Assembly: GCA_965655095.1 (NCBI GenBank)
Contig: OZ296648.1
Location: 143,592,001-143,656,000 of the forward strand
Direction: 5' to 3'
DNA: 64,000 nt
From: Haplodiscus bocki
Taxonomy: Eukaryota
The notes beneath the pieces were generated by a model. It was not told the DNA's origin and did no database searches. It worked only from the letters and a program-made list of their open reading frames with translations. A program made the position numbers and the translations under genes. This document shows positions 48,400-61,899 of this stretch, piece after piece (positions within the stretch are counted from its first letter, which is position 1; each line of letters starts with the position of its first letter).

Positions 48400-51300
48400 T
48401 GTGAGAGTAATTCTACTTTGGCCGAACCAAAACATTACTTACGATTACCGAAATTGATTGGCAGACGTCTGTGGCTCAACAGCAGGGTGATGCCCTGTCC
48501 AGTCGTCTTCAATTCTCCGCTTGAGTGATAGGAGGGTTGTTGGGGAAGAAAGATTGCAGCTGAGAAAAATTGTCCGTCGACTTTTTCAGAAGTTTTTCGA
48601 GATAATGTTGAGAAAATACAGCTACCATAGTTTTAGAGGCAATTTCTCCTTGACATAATTGCCAAATGAGGATGATCAAGCGCGGCTCAGACTTTTACTC
48701 AGGTAATAATCTCTCTGAAAATTTTGCAGATAAGATTTGCTTGAAGAAAAGTTCAGCTTGCTGTAGAAGATCGTGAAAAACAATTAGGAAAGTTACACAA
48801 CGACGGCCTCAGTTAACGGGATCCAGCGACCTAACTTTGTGTTTGAGAACTGGATGGTTGTACCGAAATTGATTACGTAATCAGTCATTAGACCAAGCAA
48901 GTCTAACATGTAGCCATTTGGATGGAACGAAGAAACTAGGCGATTTAGAAATTTTGTTCCTTTCATATTTATTCGTAATCGTTTTCGAGTGAAATTTGTA
49001 GTTTCTTCTTGTCACCCTGACGGTGATTGATAGTTGTTCACAAAACGTCTTCCGATGTTTGCAGTTATTTCTGAAGGCAGGCTGTGCTGTTTCAAAATTT
49101 CAAAATTGTTTTTGTCATCAACAGTCCCAGCAGGAAACAATTCTTCGTTTTGGGACTGACATTTCTCCAATTTAGTATGTTCCGTTAGTCACTTTTTTTC
49201 CTGCCTACTTTAGTCATTTTCGCAAACTGATTATAATGAAAAACGAGACAAATAGCGTCAATCGTCTTTGGTTTTTCTCTGAGAACTTCTAAATCTTGAG
49301 TTCTTCAATTTGGGTTGAAACCTCGAAGGGAAAGTTTCAAATTTTAGTGATTTCAGCTGTTTTGATGTGCACTTTTCTCAGATTTAGCGTTAGTCATACC
49401 GCGTTAGCTTACCGTCCTGAAAGTTGAAGACAAATGAGTGCGGGGTTCTAGGGAAAAAAACAGCTGGGAGCAGTTTGAGTTTATGGTTTTTGCCTCGAGG
49501 GTCCAATGGAATAAAACTCCTGGAAACAAAGTATCACTCACAAAGTATTCATCAGTCTGATTAAATAATTTACAATGAAAAATGAATTGATAGAGCTCAA
49601 AATGAAACGTTTGGTTCATGATTGAGGTTTTTTGTAGTTAGAACATTGGTTTTTGTGTAGGTTGTTCTTTTTTTCGGTGCAAGCAGTCAGTGGACCAAAC
49701 GGTTCCCGGAGGCGAACGTGATAGACATTTGGAACGAACTCCACAATTTTCTTTTACATTCTCAGGGAAGAAATGGCAAAACGGATGGTTCCGAGCCGTC
49801 CTGATGCAGTGTCGGGACCAAATAGATGAAACATGTTGATGATTTAATAACCGTTAGAGTGAGTGCGAAAAAAGGCCTCCAATAGCTTAAACATCAGTCA
49901 TCTAGAAGTTTAGAGGAACTTTCGGGGCTTTCGAAGAATGAAAAGCAAATCTAACCAAAAGTACTTATCAGAGAAGGATGTTTGGTTTGCCTAAACCACA
50001 TTGGCTACTTTTTTCGAACATAAGAGAATAATTTTTTTATGAGGTAGAGGCTGAAAACTGTTTCTCTGAAGTATCAACATGGACAATTATTTGAAGAATT
50101 TTTTCCAGATTGTTGGTTTTTGGTACACTTCAAAGAAAGGCATGGTAAGTTGGAGGTGATGAGTAGCTAGTATCAGAAAATTTCGAAACAAACGATGTTT
50201 GTACATCGCTATTGCCCAGAAGATAACATGAAAACCTGGCACATTTGGGCGCCCAAATTTTAAACCATTGACTGGCTGTTTGCCAAACCAACTTCGGGAG
50301 CCGATTGGACAACTGCTCGTAGTGGGGCACATCTTATCCAATCAAAAGCATGTGCGGTAAGAACAGGACGTCTTTTTGAGCGTAGAGGACAAGAAGCTGT
50401 AATTTCTACAGTTCAATTTATACTTCAGTTCTTCATGCATTTGAGTAACCGTTAATTGAACAAAATGGAAAAACTCTACTTACTTGATGTGACTTAATAA
50501 AACTTCAGTTTTGGTAGGCTAGTTTGTTTGAAGAATTATCGGAACTTGTCCGAAGTTGATTCATCTGGGTACTTGATGGTTACATTTGTTCCTCAATTCG
50601 AGAATTGCCGCGTTCAGGGATATACTATGAGTTGAGTTGCTGCTAACGTACGAAGTGGAATTGTCAAAAAGAGCTTCAGACGTTGTTGGGGACGAACATT
50701 GTTGGCCAGGTGATTAAAGAGTCATCAATTTTGTTGAAATGTAAATTTTGTGAACTGGACTACAGTTCGTTGAGAGGTTATAGACGGTTTGAAGGAGCGA
50801 TTTTTTGTCGAGAACTAGCGAAGCGTCTTGTCTCTTCTGAGAAAAACTGAGGTCTGGTTCCGAAGTGCCGACGACGGTTGGTTCTACTGCTCCTTAACGG
50901 CCTTTGCTAGATAGTTTAAATATTACAACGGAGTTAACGGCGAAAAGTAACTGTGTCAGCCTGAGAGTGAAAGTTATCCAGGTTAAAGAACCAGATTAGT
51001 AGGCGAACTTCTCCTGGATGTAGTTGTTGAGGAGATGACTGAGTGAAGTGGTTAGTCTTGAAATGAGAATAGACTGCTGGAAAAGAGAGTATTATGATAA
51101 TGGAGATGTTGTTGGTAGCAAAATCAGGTTTTGAAATGTAAGTTAACCTCAGCTGGGGTTTCGATTGGTTGGTGGGTTATTACACGGAGTTCATAGAGAT
51201 TGGCGTGACAGACAATTGGAGAAGAAAGTGGGTGGAAGACATGTACATTTATACCAACACAATTTTGTGAATGTTGTTCTTCCAAAATTGGATCTCCAAG

Positions 51301-51750
51301 ATTAGAGAGGAGTTTGTCACTGTACAAAATAGGGAATAGCTGACTAACAATTAACGAAAGAGTGGAAAACTATTTCTTTTTGAATTATTCATCATGCGAG
51401 AAGAAAGAATTTGTGCGCTTATTGCGGCTGGACTCAACGCCGGAAAGAGGTGCTCTTCTTTTCTCCTAGCTTCTTTTATCATCTCGTAGAGATTCAATTC
51501 CTTCCAGGAGTCAATATTTTTACCCCCCAAAACCCTCAAACAGGAACAAAAAGAAAAACAAGGAACCAAAACCAGATGTCAATATTACGTTGAACGAAAT
51601 AGCTACTGGGGTTCTACTAAACCCGGTTGAGCTGTCAGTCATTTTGTGAATATCCCATTGCCTTATTAATATAACCATAAGATCTAGTATTATGGTGGTC
51701 CAAGATTTGATGGTCCTGTCCAAAGGTATTTAGTTTCAGCTAGTTCAAGA
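48400..51750 (-). mobile_element. Heavily decayed Ty3/gypsy pol relic (RT-RH-IN)
   Basis: Minus-strand relic peptides GEVRLLI..NLDN (~51000), KIDDSLI (~50720), VIFWAIAMYKHRL..FLILATHH (RNase H end, ~50200) and an H..C..C integrase-like stretch (~49720-49820), in gypsy order. Boundaries approximate. Confidence 0.5.
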
Positions 51751-52599
51751 GATGCTTGTTACTGCAAAAAATGTGTTTTTTCTGTAAATGTCTGAAGACG
51801 ACAGTCCTAGCAAGTGATTAACTTTGGACGAATCAGGAATTATCTAGACTAGAGTACGCTTTCTCAAGTACTGCCTCGGGTATTGTGCGGATGTTGATAA
51901 TTTCTGAGTCAAACTTCAACTCATTTGTTCAATGACTTCAACTCTGCCTGAGCTTCAACATAAAGTAGGTCAAAGCAACTTTTAGAACTAGGTCATCATG
52001 CTCTTTTTTGCAAACACGAAAGGTTTAGCGCAGGTATTTTTCTAACTGTAGTGTTATACAATTTTAGGTTGTTTAGGAAGTTTGATTTCTGAATCAAATA
52101 CAAATACGAAAACAAAGTTACCGCTGCACTGCCTTTTCGTTTTTTTTACTGCTTATGTTCTGCTACGCTTGCCCGCCCGAGGAACAGGGAAAGAATGAGT
52201 TCATTCATGATAAGGGGCAAAGGGCGGTACAAGATGACGGTAGATCAAGTCAACCTAATTAAGAGATGGCGAATTACAACGGAAGACCCGGTTTAGCCAT
52301 AGGGCTTGTGATTTCCGAAGTTAGCGTTCCTGTGCTAAAAAATGACGCAGCGATTGACTCTTCACTCTTATTCATTTAGGGAGCAGCAACCAAATCAAAA
52401 GCTTGGGGTTGAATTTTCCTTCAATAATCCACTTTCGTAGGCAAACTCACCACCTTGGAATGTGGCTGTGGACGAGATTGAAGATATTTTTGTGGAAGAG
52501 ATGTCAACACCTGGGTGGTTACCCCTTGGTTTATGAGACGCAGCGTGGATTTCTACTTCGAAGAATCCGCTTTTACTGGTTTCGTGGGTTATCCATCAA

Positions 52600-55500
52600 T
52601 CATCGCACGGTGCGCAAAAGTAGGAAACAATCATAGAGTGGGAAGAAACGGTTATCGAGCAGTTCAAGGCCTTTATTAGTGGATGTTGCAAACTAACCAT
52701 CTTTCAAAAGCGGCATTGGTTCGGCTACTTCAAAACGTGGGTACCAGGCGTTCTCCAGGCTAAACACAAGGTCCAATTTGAGTGTGGATAATTTCTGGAG
52801 ATGGAGTGGGCCTGCGGTGCCAACTGCGTTTTTGTTTGTGTGGGCTTGGCAAGACCACCGTCCATATCCACGCTTCAGTCTAGAGCCGCTTGTTATAGCG
52901 ATGATGCATTTGCAATATCAAACAAAGTTGGTCGTTTGCAAAAGAAACAGGTGAAGTAGTCGAGAGGAAACTTACATATGTCGAACTTGGAATTGCTTGA
53001 GTCAAGGTTAGATCTCTCGTAGACCAAATAATTGAGAAACTGCAAAAAAACTTGTATAAGGAGACGAAAGAAGATTTCATTAAGCAGTGGGTCGGAGAGT
53101 TTGAGGGAGTTGTGGCAAAACGTTTGGTAGAGACTTGATATGGCTTTGAAGTAAAAGTGTCTCTGGATATCAGATTTGTGGTGACATCTGGTTTTGAACT
53201 GGAGAGTGAGATCGGAGTTTTACAGATGTAAACTATGTGATTTGCCTACTTCCAGTGAACTTCTGCGGAAACTGCAAATTACATTAGATGCTCTTCAGTG
53301 GGGACAATCCAGATGCAAATCGGGTAGGTTTGTCTGCACTTGGGCATCAGAATCTAGAAAATAAGATATTGAAGTGTGAGTATAAGAAAGTAGGTCTCGG
53401 AATGTGATAAAGCCATATAAAGAAGAATTAATGGAAAACGGCAGACATAGGCCAACTTAAAACTGTACCAATTTTTGAAAATTAGGACGCTTGCGATTTC
53501 GATTTTGTGTGCGAAGCACTAAATTTTCATCACGGTGTTCGTGCTGGGACCAATTGTGGTTTATTGGTCTTGAAAAAGCGTGTGCTTTCTCTGCTCAATC
53601 GATGCATTGCAATAAATGGTTGACCAGGTGCTAATGGAAGAATCATCAATTGTGAGCTTGAAGAGATGGAAAAGAAAAAGGAGATGTACGAGGAAGAAGA
53701 TTTTCAAAGGTAGTTGGCAGAGTCAGAGAAAATTTTAGGTGACAACTGCTTCCGGAGTCACAGCTAGTAAAATTGTTAGTGATTGATGACGTGGAAGGCA
53801 TATGATTGACATGGAAGAAATTCGAGTCTTTTGAAATTTTGGCTTCACTGTTGCCTTTGTGCATGGCATCACTCAAAATTAGCAGAATATATTTTTTGAG
53901 AAAACCGTTCTTGCATCAAGATAGCTGGAAAACGCTGAGGACGGAAAAGATAGTCTCAAAGTTGGCTTTTTAACTGTTTTTTCCATGTTAAGATCCAAGG
54001 TCAGTTGTGGAAATTCAGGCAACCATAAATGTGTTGTTTTTGAAAAAAGGCCACGTCCTAATGACATGGTTATTTGTGATTTTGTCCCAGAAACATTTTC
54101 GTACGTTGTTTTCCCGGTGTTGCAAATTACGTAAGTAATTTGCGCAATTGTAAAATTTGGTTTTACAGAGATCAGGTGGTTACCAGCATCCTTCAAAACA
54201 ACTTTTTGGGCTACAAGCTGGTTCTGTGTCTCTAGTTTTTGTTTTTTCACAGAGATCGAGCACTTCTTGGTCGTAGGGTAACTCCAAGTTCTTTTTTCCC
54301 CAAAGAGGAAATCAGTATTGATGGAGATGCTACTGTGATCAAGTAAAATAGACCGGATTTTCCAAGATATTGTGTATCTTTACGGATAGCAGCATCTGTG
54401 GCCTGGGCACGAGTGTTATGAAGTGGGAAGACGTTGAGAAACGGAAAAAATGCGGCAATTACTGGGATGAAGTAGCAACTTTGGCCTCTAGCTGGTTGAT
54501 GATTTCCTTTTGTCCCAGTAAACAGTGCAGAAAGGTTTAGTGGCAGTTACTATTCCTGCCGCTGGATTCTCGGGAATTTTGTTCCCGCTTTTAGGCATGT
54601 GCTTCTTTTGAGAAGCAACAGTCAGCTGGCAGATGTCATATCCAGACTTTCATGGATAGCCAACAGTTAATTGTTTTTGCATTGGCATAAACTTTAATTT
54701 TCTGTTGCTTCCATGTGGCCACCTTCTTCGGTGTAGTGTTCTAGATGGACACAAGCTCACAAAAAAGACAAAAGATAGTATTTTGGAACGTTTTTACTAA
54801 AACACAATATCCAAGTCATCTTTTCAGCTGGAGAGTTGTGAATCAGCTGCTTTTAGGAGCCAATCAAGATCCTGCCAATATTGTACAAGTCCCCTTGCTT
54901 TTCGGATGTCAGAGGATTCTGCATCCAGTGAGATTTTTTCTCGTATTCATGTGAGTACACCGACAGGAACACAATTTTCAGTTTGTTCGATTAAAAAAAG
55001 TTGAAAAGTCGTGTTTCACTGTTTCTCGACCTCATCAGCTTCTGCAAAGAGCGCCATTGTATCCTAGTGAGGAGCCTCAAAGTTTGTGAAAGTGTTCTGG
55101 GCCAATAAAGCGTCAGCTTTGCCTAAAACAGAGTCATTTGCTGCTTTGGCCTTGCACAAAAAGTGATGATCTGCGTTGTAAATTTAATTCAAAAATAGTG
55201 CCGTCTTCTTCATCCAAGTTCAACCGGTTTCCTCTGAAGAGGTGCTCGATTTTTTTGCTGTTCTCCTTCTGTATACAACGACTACATTCAACTGTACGTT
55301 AACTCAGAGCCGTTCAATGATATTGGAGGCAAAGCTGGAGGTGAGCACAGGCGAACAAAAAGTGAAAAAAATATCCTGTGCGGAAAAAATCAGTTGCTGA
55401 TTGAGTTGACATAATTTGAAAGTCAGTACTGATCCTAACTAGTGTGTAACTCTCGGCATGGTTTTTTTCGTTGAAGATTCTCTCATCTTTGTCTTGTTGT

Positions 55501-58500
55501 TAGTGGACTGGTCGTGTGGAACTCAATGACGGAAACAATCTTTCTCACTTCGTGTTAGATTTTTTAATATCAGTGTGTTATCGTTTTTGTCCAAACGTTT
55601 CAAATAAAAAGATTTTTTTTCTTCAGTTGCAATTGATTAACGTGGTGTTTTTCTACTGTAATCAATCTGCTCAGGGTGCGAAGAAGAGCAGATGGAGACC
55701 CAGATTTCCAAATAGTCTCTGCGTTTTGGAACTCATAATAATGAAACGTAACATGAAAGAGTGCAGGAGCTGTTGTCCTTTGGGTCCTCCGAAAGAAGGA
55801 ATAAATTTTGGTCGTAATTTTCAAATTGGGAATAGAGAGATATAGATGTAGTGCGTTTGAGTTTGCAGTCGGGAAACAGCTACACAAAGCTCTTATGATA
55901 ACCTTATGAATTATGATAACCTTTCAGACGCATCGAAAACTCAGGAAATGGGAAATTTGTCCGTTTCACTCCAGAAAACATCAAAATGCATCCACAACTA
56001 ACGTTAGAACGTTAGAGGAATCAACTTTAAAGTGATGAGGACAATCGGTGGAAAGATAAAAGTGAGAATGGTGCTTTCATTGGCCCCATCTTCGGTTAAT
56101 TACAGTTGTTTTGCTTTACTCTTTTTACCCAATGGGAAGCTGTTGTCTTTCCCAAATCAAAGAAAGATTGTTTAACTACATGGTGTTTTTAACTGAACAA
56201 ATGTGGAAGCCAATACTTTCCACAGCTTTCACGACGTGTTGCTCACAATCAGGACATTTTATATTCTTGAAGGATTTTATTCGTTTGATAACGGGTCGTA
56301 AAGATTCCGAAGTAATCAGTCTGTCTTTCCTCAGTAAAAGAACGCACCGCTTGGGACAATTTAAGGACCGGCTTTGCGTAGAAACTTGTGATACTGGTTG
56401 ATCATGGTCAACCTTTCGTTTCTGTTTGGCGACTGCATTCTAGTATCATCAATGCATGTGATGTCCAAACTTTTTTGATATAAGGGGACCTGAATGAATG
56501 CTCATTTTCCGATTGAAGAAAAATGGGATCCCACCGGGGCCATTGAAGCCAGGTTTTGAGGTGTTTTGCAGTCCACCCATCAAAAAATGGTTTGATTTCG
56601 AGTTGCTGGGATCACAAGTACTTAGTAATCGGCCCGAGATAAAGATTTTCGGCCGCCTTCTTTGGTCATTTTCATTTGAACTGGTTCCACTGGCCAAGAA
56701 TGTTTGGTAAGATGCATCAAGAGAAGGGGTATTCTGAATCGATGGAGAGCTTTGAGCGACCAGTTTTGTTCACTAGAACAATTGGGTAAACAAATATGTG
56801 ATCCTGCATTTTCGTCGTCACTGCCCGGTGACTGGGAAAAAAAGGAACCCGTCGTGAGAAGGGTTCGAGAGTTCTTGAGTGATTTTTTCCAATATCTTCT
56901 ACTTTCAGCGTACATGTGCTTCGTATAATAAATCCAATACTCCAAATTTGAGACAATTGGGCAAAGGCTGGTCTCGGTTCAAACTTCCATAGCAGACTGA
57001 GTCAGAGGATTCTTCTGTTCACTCCGAAGAAGATCATTACTTCAGAAAAAACCCTTCTCTAACACGTTGTGTGTTTTCAGATTTTCAGCCCACACGGTTA
57101 ACAGGAAAACGAATTGTCAATTTGATGCGTACTTGAAACGTAAGGTCGCATAGCCCATCATAGGGACTGTTTGTACAAAAAATGTTCCCAAAAAGGTTTT
57201 TATTAGATATTGGCTGCTGCAGCTGCGAAATTTTCAACATCTTTCGAGAGTAGATATTTGATAAAGAAGCTACAATATCAAGCATGAAAAGAAGTTTCAA
57301 ACGACTGTCTTGCCGTACGTCTCCGGTGACGAACTGATTAACAATCGAACTTTTTCTCAAGTTTATGGTCTAGCGGAGTTAGAATTCGGATACCTCAGCG
57401 ACTTTTTTGACGAGGTTCCCACAGTTCGTTGATACAATCATCAGTTCTGGTGAAGCGGACCACATTGGGTAACGTCTAATTGCTGCGTTGTGAGAATCTA
57501 TTTTCCTAGAAAGTGAAACTCATGTAGAATGTTCATCTGGCTTTAGAGAACTGAGATGAGGGCCGATAAGACCGTCCTAGACAAAATTTTGGTTTGCAAT
57601 AACCCTTTCCTCGGCCCGATGGGGGTCGCGGGAATTTTTCGCTGTATCACTTTGCTTCATTCCCTTGCTGTTTCAATACCGGCTCCCATTTTTGGTTTTA
57701 AGGAATTACTTGAATCCGTCCCCGCTGGAAAAGTTGGCCAGGGAGCTGCTTCTTTTTGATATCAGAGGCATTTGCTCTTGGACAACCATCTGATTCATGG
57801 TTCTTCCTGAAGCCGGATCTCCTCCAACTTGGTCATCACCTTCTACCGAAATCTTCTGTGAGAGTGATTCCTCTCTCTGAAGCTCTTTTAATTTTGACAA
57901 AAATCATCCCTCATTTTGTGCTATTCACGACACCATTTTGGGGTATGTCCAGTAGTACAGCTATAGTCACAGATCTGTGTACTGTTTTCTGATCCGAATT
58001 GATTTGGGTTAGCTGCGCGGGATTATCTTTCAACGGTGTTCACTTGGTGTTTCTGTACTTTTGTTAGGAGGTGTTCGTGTCTCCAGACGTGCTGCAGCTA
58101 GTTCAGCCTCAAACAATTTTTAACATTCAGGGAGGTTGAGTTTATCTGGAATATTCCAGTAGAGAAACCTCTCCAGATGGCTTTAGGATACTCCACTGAG
58201 TACCCGTAATTTTTTCGTGGCAAGTACTTGGGTCTGACCATACTGAGAGCGTAGTCCTTGTATTTCGTTTTTGTCGCTTCGATTGGGCGAAATATTCTGC
58301 TGCATTTCTGGCATTCGTGATCTGGTTCAAGTCGTTGAACCAACCCTGATCACCAGTCTCTTTGAATCGAAAAGGAAGTTCCGATTTTTTTCACCATCCC
58401 ATTTTTTTCTGTAATCAATTTCCATCCCATGGCAAACAATGCTTTTTCCGTCTGAAAATCCAGTGACGATGTTTGTTTCCATATTGTCTCACGTGGATGT

Positions 58501-61500
58501 AACCAGAACATTGGTACCGTCACCTTTGTCATTAGGACTTCTATGTGGGGAGAAAAATGTCTCTTTCCGGGAAGTGTGAAGAGTTGTTGGCCATTGGATC
58601 AGGGTTTCCTTCTTCGTGAACAAAATTTTTCTTCCATTCTTCAAAGTGTAAGAAATATTGAGTGTCTTCATGCGTGTCTCGAACAAAAAAACTTTCCAAA
58701 GCCAGATCGGGATTGGCTAGAAGCCTTGTAACGATTTCGTTGCCCTACAACTACATGATTGAATGAAAAACACAGCACTTTGCCAAAGATATGAAGTTTG
58801 AAGCAGTTCAAGCGAGGTTCCATGATATCGCAATACTGAGGATAGGCGGAGCCAAGCAAAAAGTGCGTTCTGTCATTTCCTGGTTTTTGTGAAATGTGCA
58901 GCTTTCCCGCGGGTGTATTTTCAGTTGTATTCAGAAATTACGATCTCGATCTCAGTAAAAGAAGAACGTTTCAAACGTTTCAGCTTTTTTCCACGCGGCT
59001 GAGACAAAGTTTCAAGAAAGAAGAAGATTTAGACAAATCTGTAACTATGAAGGTGGAGTTGTTCACACAATGTGCCTTACTGGTCGTATGAATTCGTAGA
59101 ATTCGTAGCAAGGGGATGAAGTAGTTGAAGCTGTAAAATGTAATTTTTCAACCGCCTCTGCTAATCTGCTGAGCAACGTCTGTGACCACACGACTGCGTT
59201 GTTTTGTAGGAAAGTCCTAGAAGCCTAAACTCCTCCCAGTCTGGTATTTGTAAAGCTGCCTCGTTTAGCCAGTGCGACAATTTTTTTACTTCTACTAAGA
59301 AGAATTTGAGTAGCAATGAAAGTAACAAAGTAAGTGTTCACTAATTTGTTATATTATTGGAACTATCAACCAAGATGGAAAGTAAAATGTGCACAGGTTA
59401 AGGTAAAAATTCAAACGGGTGAGGTTTTTGGAAGTGAGATTTCGGTCTCACCATCCTGAGAGCGTAGTCCCTATACCTACTTTTTTGTGGCTTCGATTGG
59501 GCCAAAAATTCTGCAGCATTTTTGGCATTCGTGATCTGGTCCATGTCGTTGAACCAACCCTGATCACCAGTCTTTTTGCATTGAAAAGGAAGTTCCGATT
59601 TTTTTCACCATCCCATTTTTTCCTGTAATCCATTTCCATCCGATGGCAAACAATGCTTTGTCCGTCTGAGAATCAAGTGACGAAGTTTGTTTCCATATCG
59701 TCTCACGTGGCGGTAACCAGAACATTGGTACCGTCACCTTTGTCATTAGGACTTCTATGTGGGGAGGAAAATGTCTCTTTCCGGGAAGTGTGAAGAGTAG
59801 TTGGTCATTGGATCAGGGTTTCCTTCTACGTGAACAAGGTTTTCTTTCCATTCTTCAAAGTGTACGAAAGATTGAGCGTCTTCATGCGTGTCTCGAACAA
59901 AAGAACTTTCCAAAGCCAGATCGGGATTGGCTAGAAGCCTTGTAACGATTTCGTTGCCCTACAACTACATGATTGAATGAAAAACACAGCACTTTGCCAA
60001 AGATATGAAGTTTGAAGCAGTTCAAGCGAGGTTCCATGATATCGCAATACTGAGGATAGGCGGAGCCAAGCAAAAAGTGCGTTCTGTCATTTCCTGGTTT
60101 TTGTGAAATGTGCAGCTTCCCCGCGGGTGTATTTTCAGTTGTATTCAGAAATTACGATCTCGATCTCAGTAAAAGAAGAACGTTTCAAACGTTTCAGCTT
60201 TTTTCCACGCGGCTGAGACAAAGTTTCAAGAAAGAAGAAGATTTAGACCTATCTGTAACTATGAAGGTGGAGTTGTTCACACAATGTGCCTTACTGGTTG
60301 TAAGAATTCGTAGAATTCGTAGCAAGGGGATGAAGTAGTTGAAGCTGTAAAATGTAATTTTTCAACCGCCTCTGCTAATCTGCTGAGCAACGTCTGTGAC
60401 CACACGACTGCGTTGTTTTGTAGGAAAGTCCTAGAAGCCTAAACTCCTCCCAGTCTGGTATTTGTAAAGCTGCCTCGTTTAGCCAGTGCGACAATTTTTT
60501 TACTTCTACTAAGAAGAATTTGAGTAGCAATGAAAGTAACAAAGTAAGTGTTCACTAATTTGTTATATTATTGGAACTATCAACCAAGATGGAAAGTAAA
60601 ATGTGCACAGGTTAGGGTAAAAATTCAAACGGGTGAGGTTTTTGGAAGTGAGATTTCGGTCTCACCATCCTGAGAGCGTAGTCCCTATACCTACTTTTTT
60701 GTCGCTTCGATTGGGCCAAAAATTCTGCAGCATTTTTGGCATTCGTGATCTGGTCCATGTCGTTGAACCAACCCTGATCACCAGTCTTTTTGCATTGAAA
60801 AGGAAGTTCCGATTTTTTTCACCATCCCATTTTTTCCTGTAATCCATTTCCATCCGATGGCAAACAATGCTTTGTCCGTCTGAGAATCAAGTGACGAAGT
60901 TTGTTTCCATATCGTCTCACGTGGCGGTAACCAGAACATTGGTACCGTCACCTTTGTCATTAGGACTTCTATGTGGGGAGGAAAATGTCTCTTTCCGGGA
61001 AGTGTGAAGAGTAGTTGGTCATTGGATCAGGGTTTCCTTCTTCGTGAACAAGGTTTTCTTTCCATTCTTCAAAGTGTACGAAAGATTGAGCGTCTTCATG
61101 CGTGTCTCGAACAAAAGAACTTTCCAAAGTCAGATCGGCAATAGCTGGAAGACTTGTAACGATTTCGTTGCCCTAGAACTACATGATTGAATGAAAAATT
61201 CAGCAATTTGCCAAAGATATGAAGTTTGAAGCAGTTCAAGCGAGGTTCCGTGATATCGCAATACTGAGGATAGGCGAAGCCGAGCAAAAAGTGCGTTCTG
61301 TCATTTTCTGGTTTTTGTGAAATGTGCAGCTTCCCCGCGGGTGTATTTTCAGTTGTATTCAGAAATTACGACCTCGATCTCAGTAAAAGAAGAACGTTTC
61401 AAACGTTTCAGCTTTTTTCCACGCGGCTGAGACAAAGTTTCAAAAAAGAAGAAGATTTAGACAAATCCGTTCCTATGAAGGTGGAGTTGTTCACACAATG

Positions 61501-61871
61501 TGCGTTACTGTTCGTTTCAATCCGTAGAATTCGTAGCGAAAGGATGAAGTATTTGAAGCTGTAAAATGTAACTTTTCAACCACCTCTGCTAATATGCTGA
61601 GCAACGTCTGTGACCACACGACGGCGTTGTTTTGTAGGAAAGTCCCAGAAGCCTAAACTCCGCCCAGTCTCGTATTTGCAAAAATGCCTTGTTTAGCCAG
61701 TGCGAGATATTTTTTACTTCTACTAGAAAAAACTTGAGGAGCAAGGAAACTAACAAAGTAAGTGTTCACTAACTTGTTATATTATTGAAACTATCAATCA
61801 AGATGGAAAATAAAATGTGCACAGTTTGAGGTAAAAATTCAAACGGGTGACGTTTTCGGAAGTGAGATCTG
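52600..61871 (-). mobile_element. Second decayed gypsy relic: RT/RH (tandemly amplified), IN, then env-like and possibly MATH-like remnants
   Basis: RH-like IVTDLSKS, SRS*FLNTTEN and LNCFKLHIFGK..NH; IN-like KVEDIGKNHSRTLEPF..VNKTG (56717-56956); env-like EQTENCVPVGVLT (~54970) and CY..KIHNILENPVYF (~54370). Confidence 0.45.
58231..61871. repeat. Tandem array of three ~1214-bp units (58231-59443, 59444-60657, 60658-61871)
   Basis: Same ORFs recur at 58668/59882/61096 and 58894/60108/61322 (period 1214); junction GAAGTGAGATTTC|GGTCTCACCA is seen twice. Confidence 0.95.
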
Positions 61872-61899
61872 GGCAAACAGAGAGAATGGAAAAATGTAG

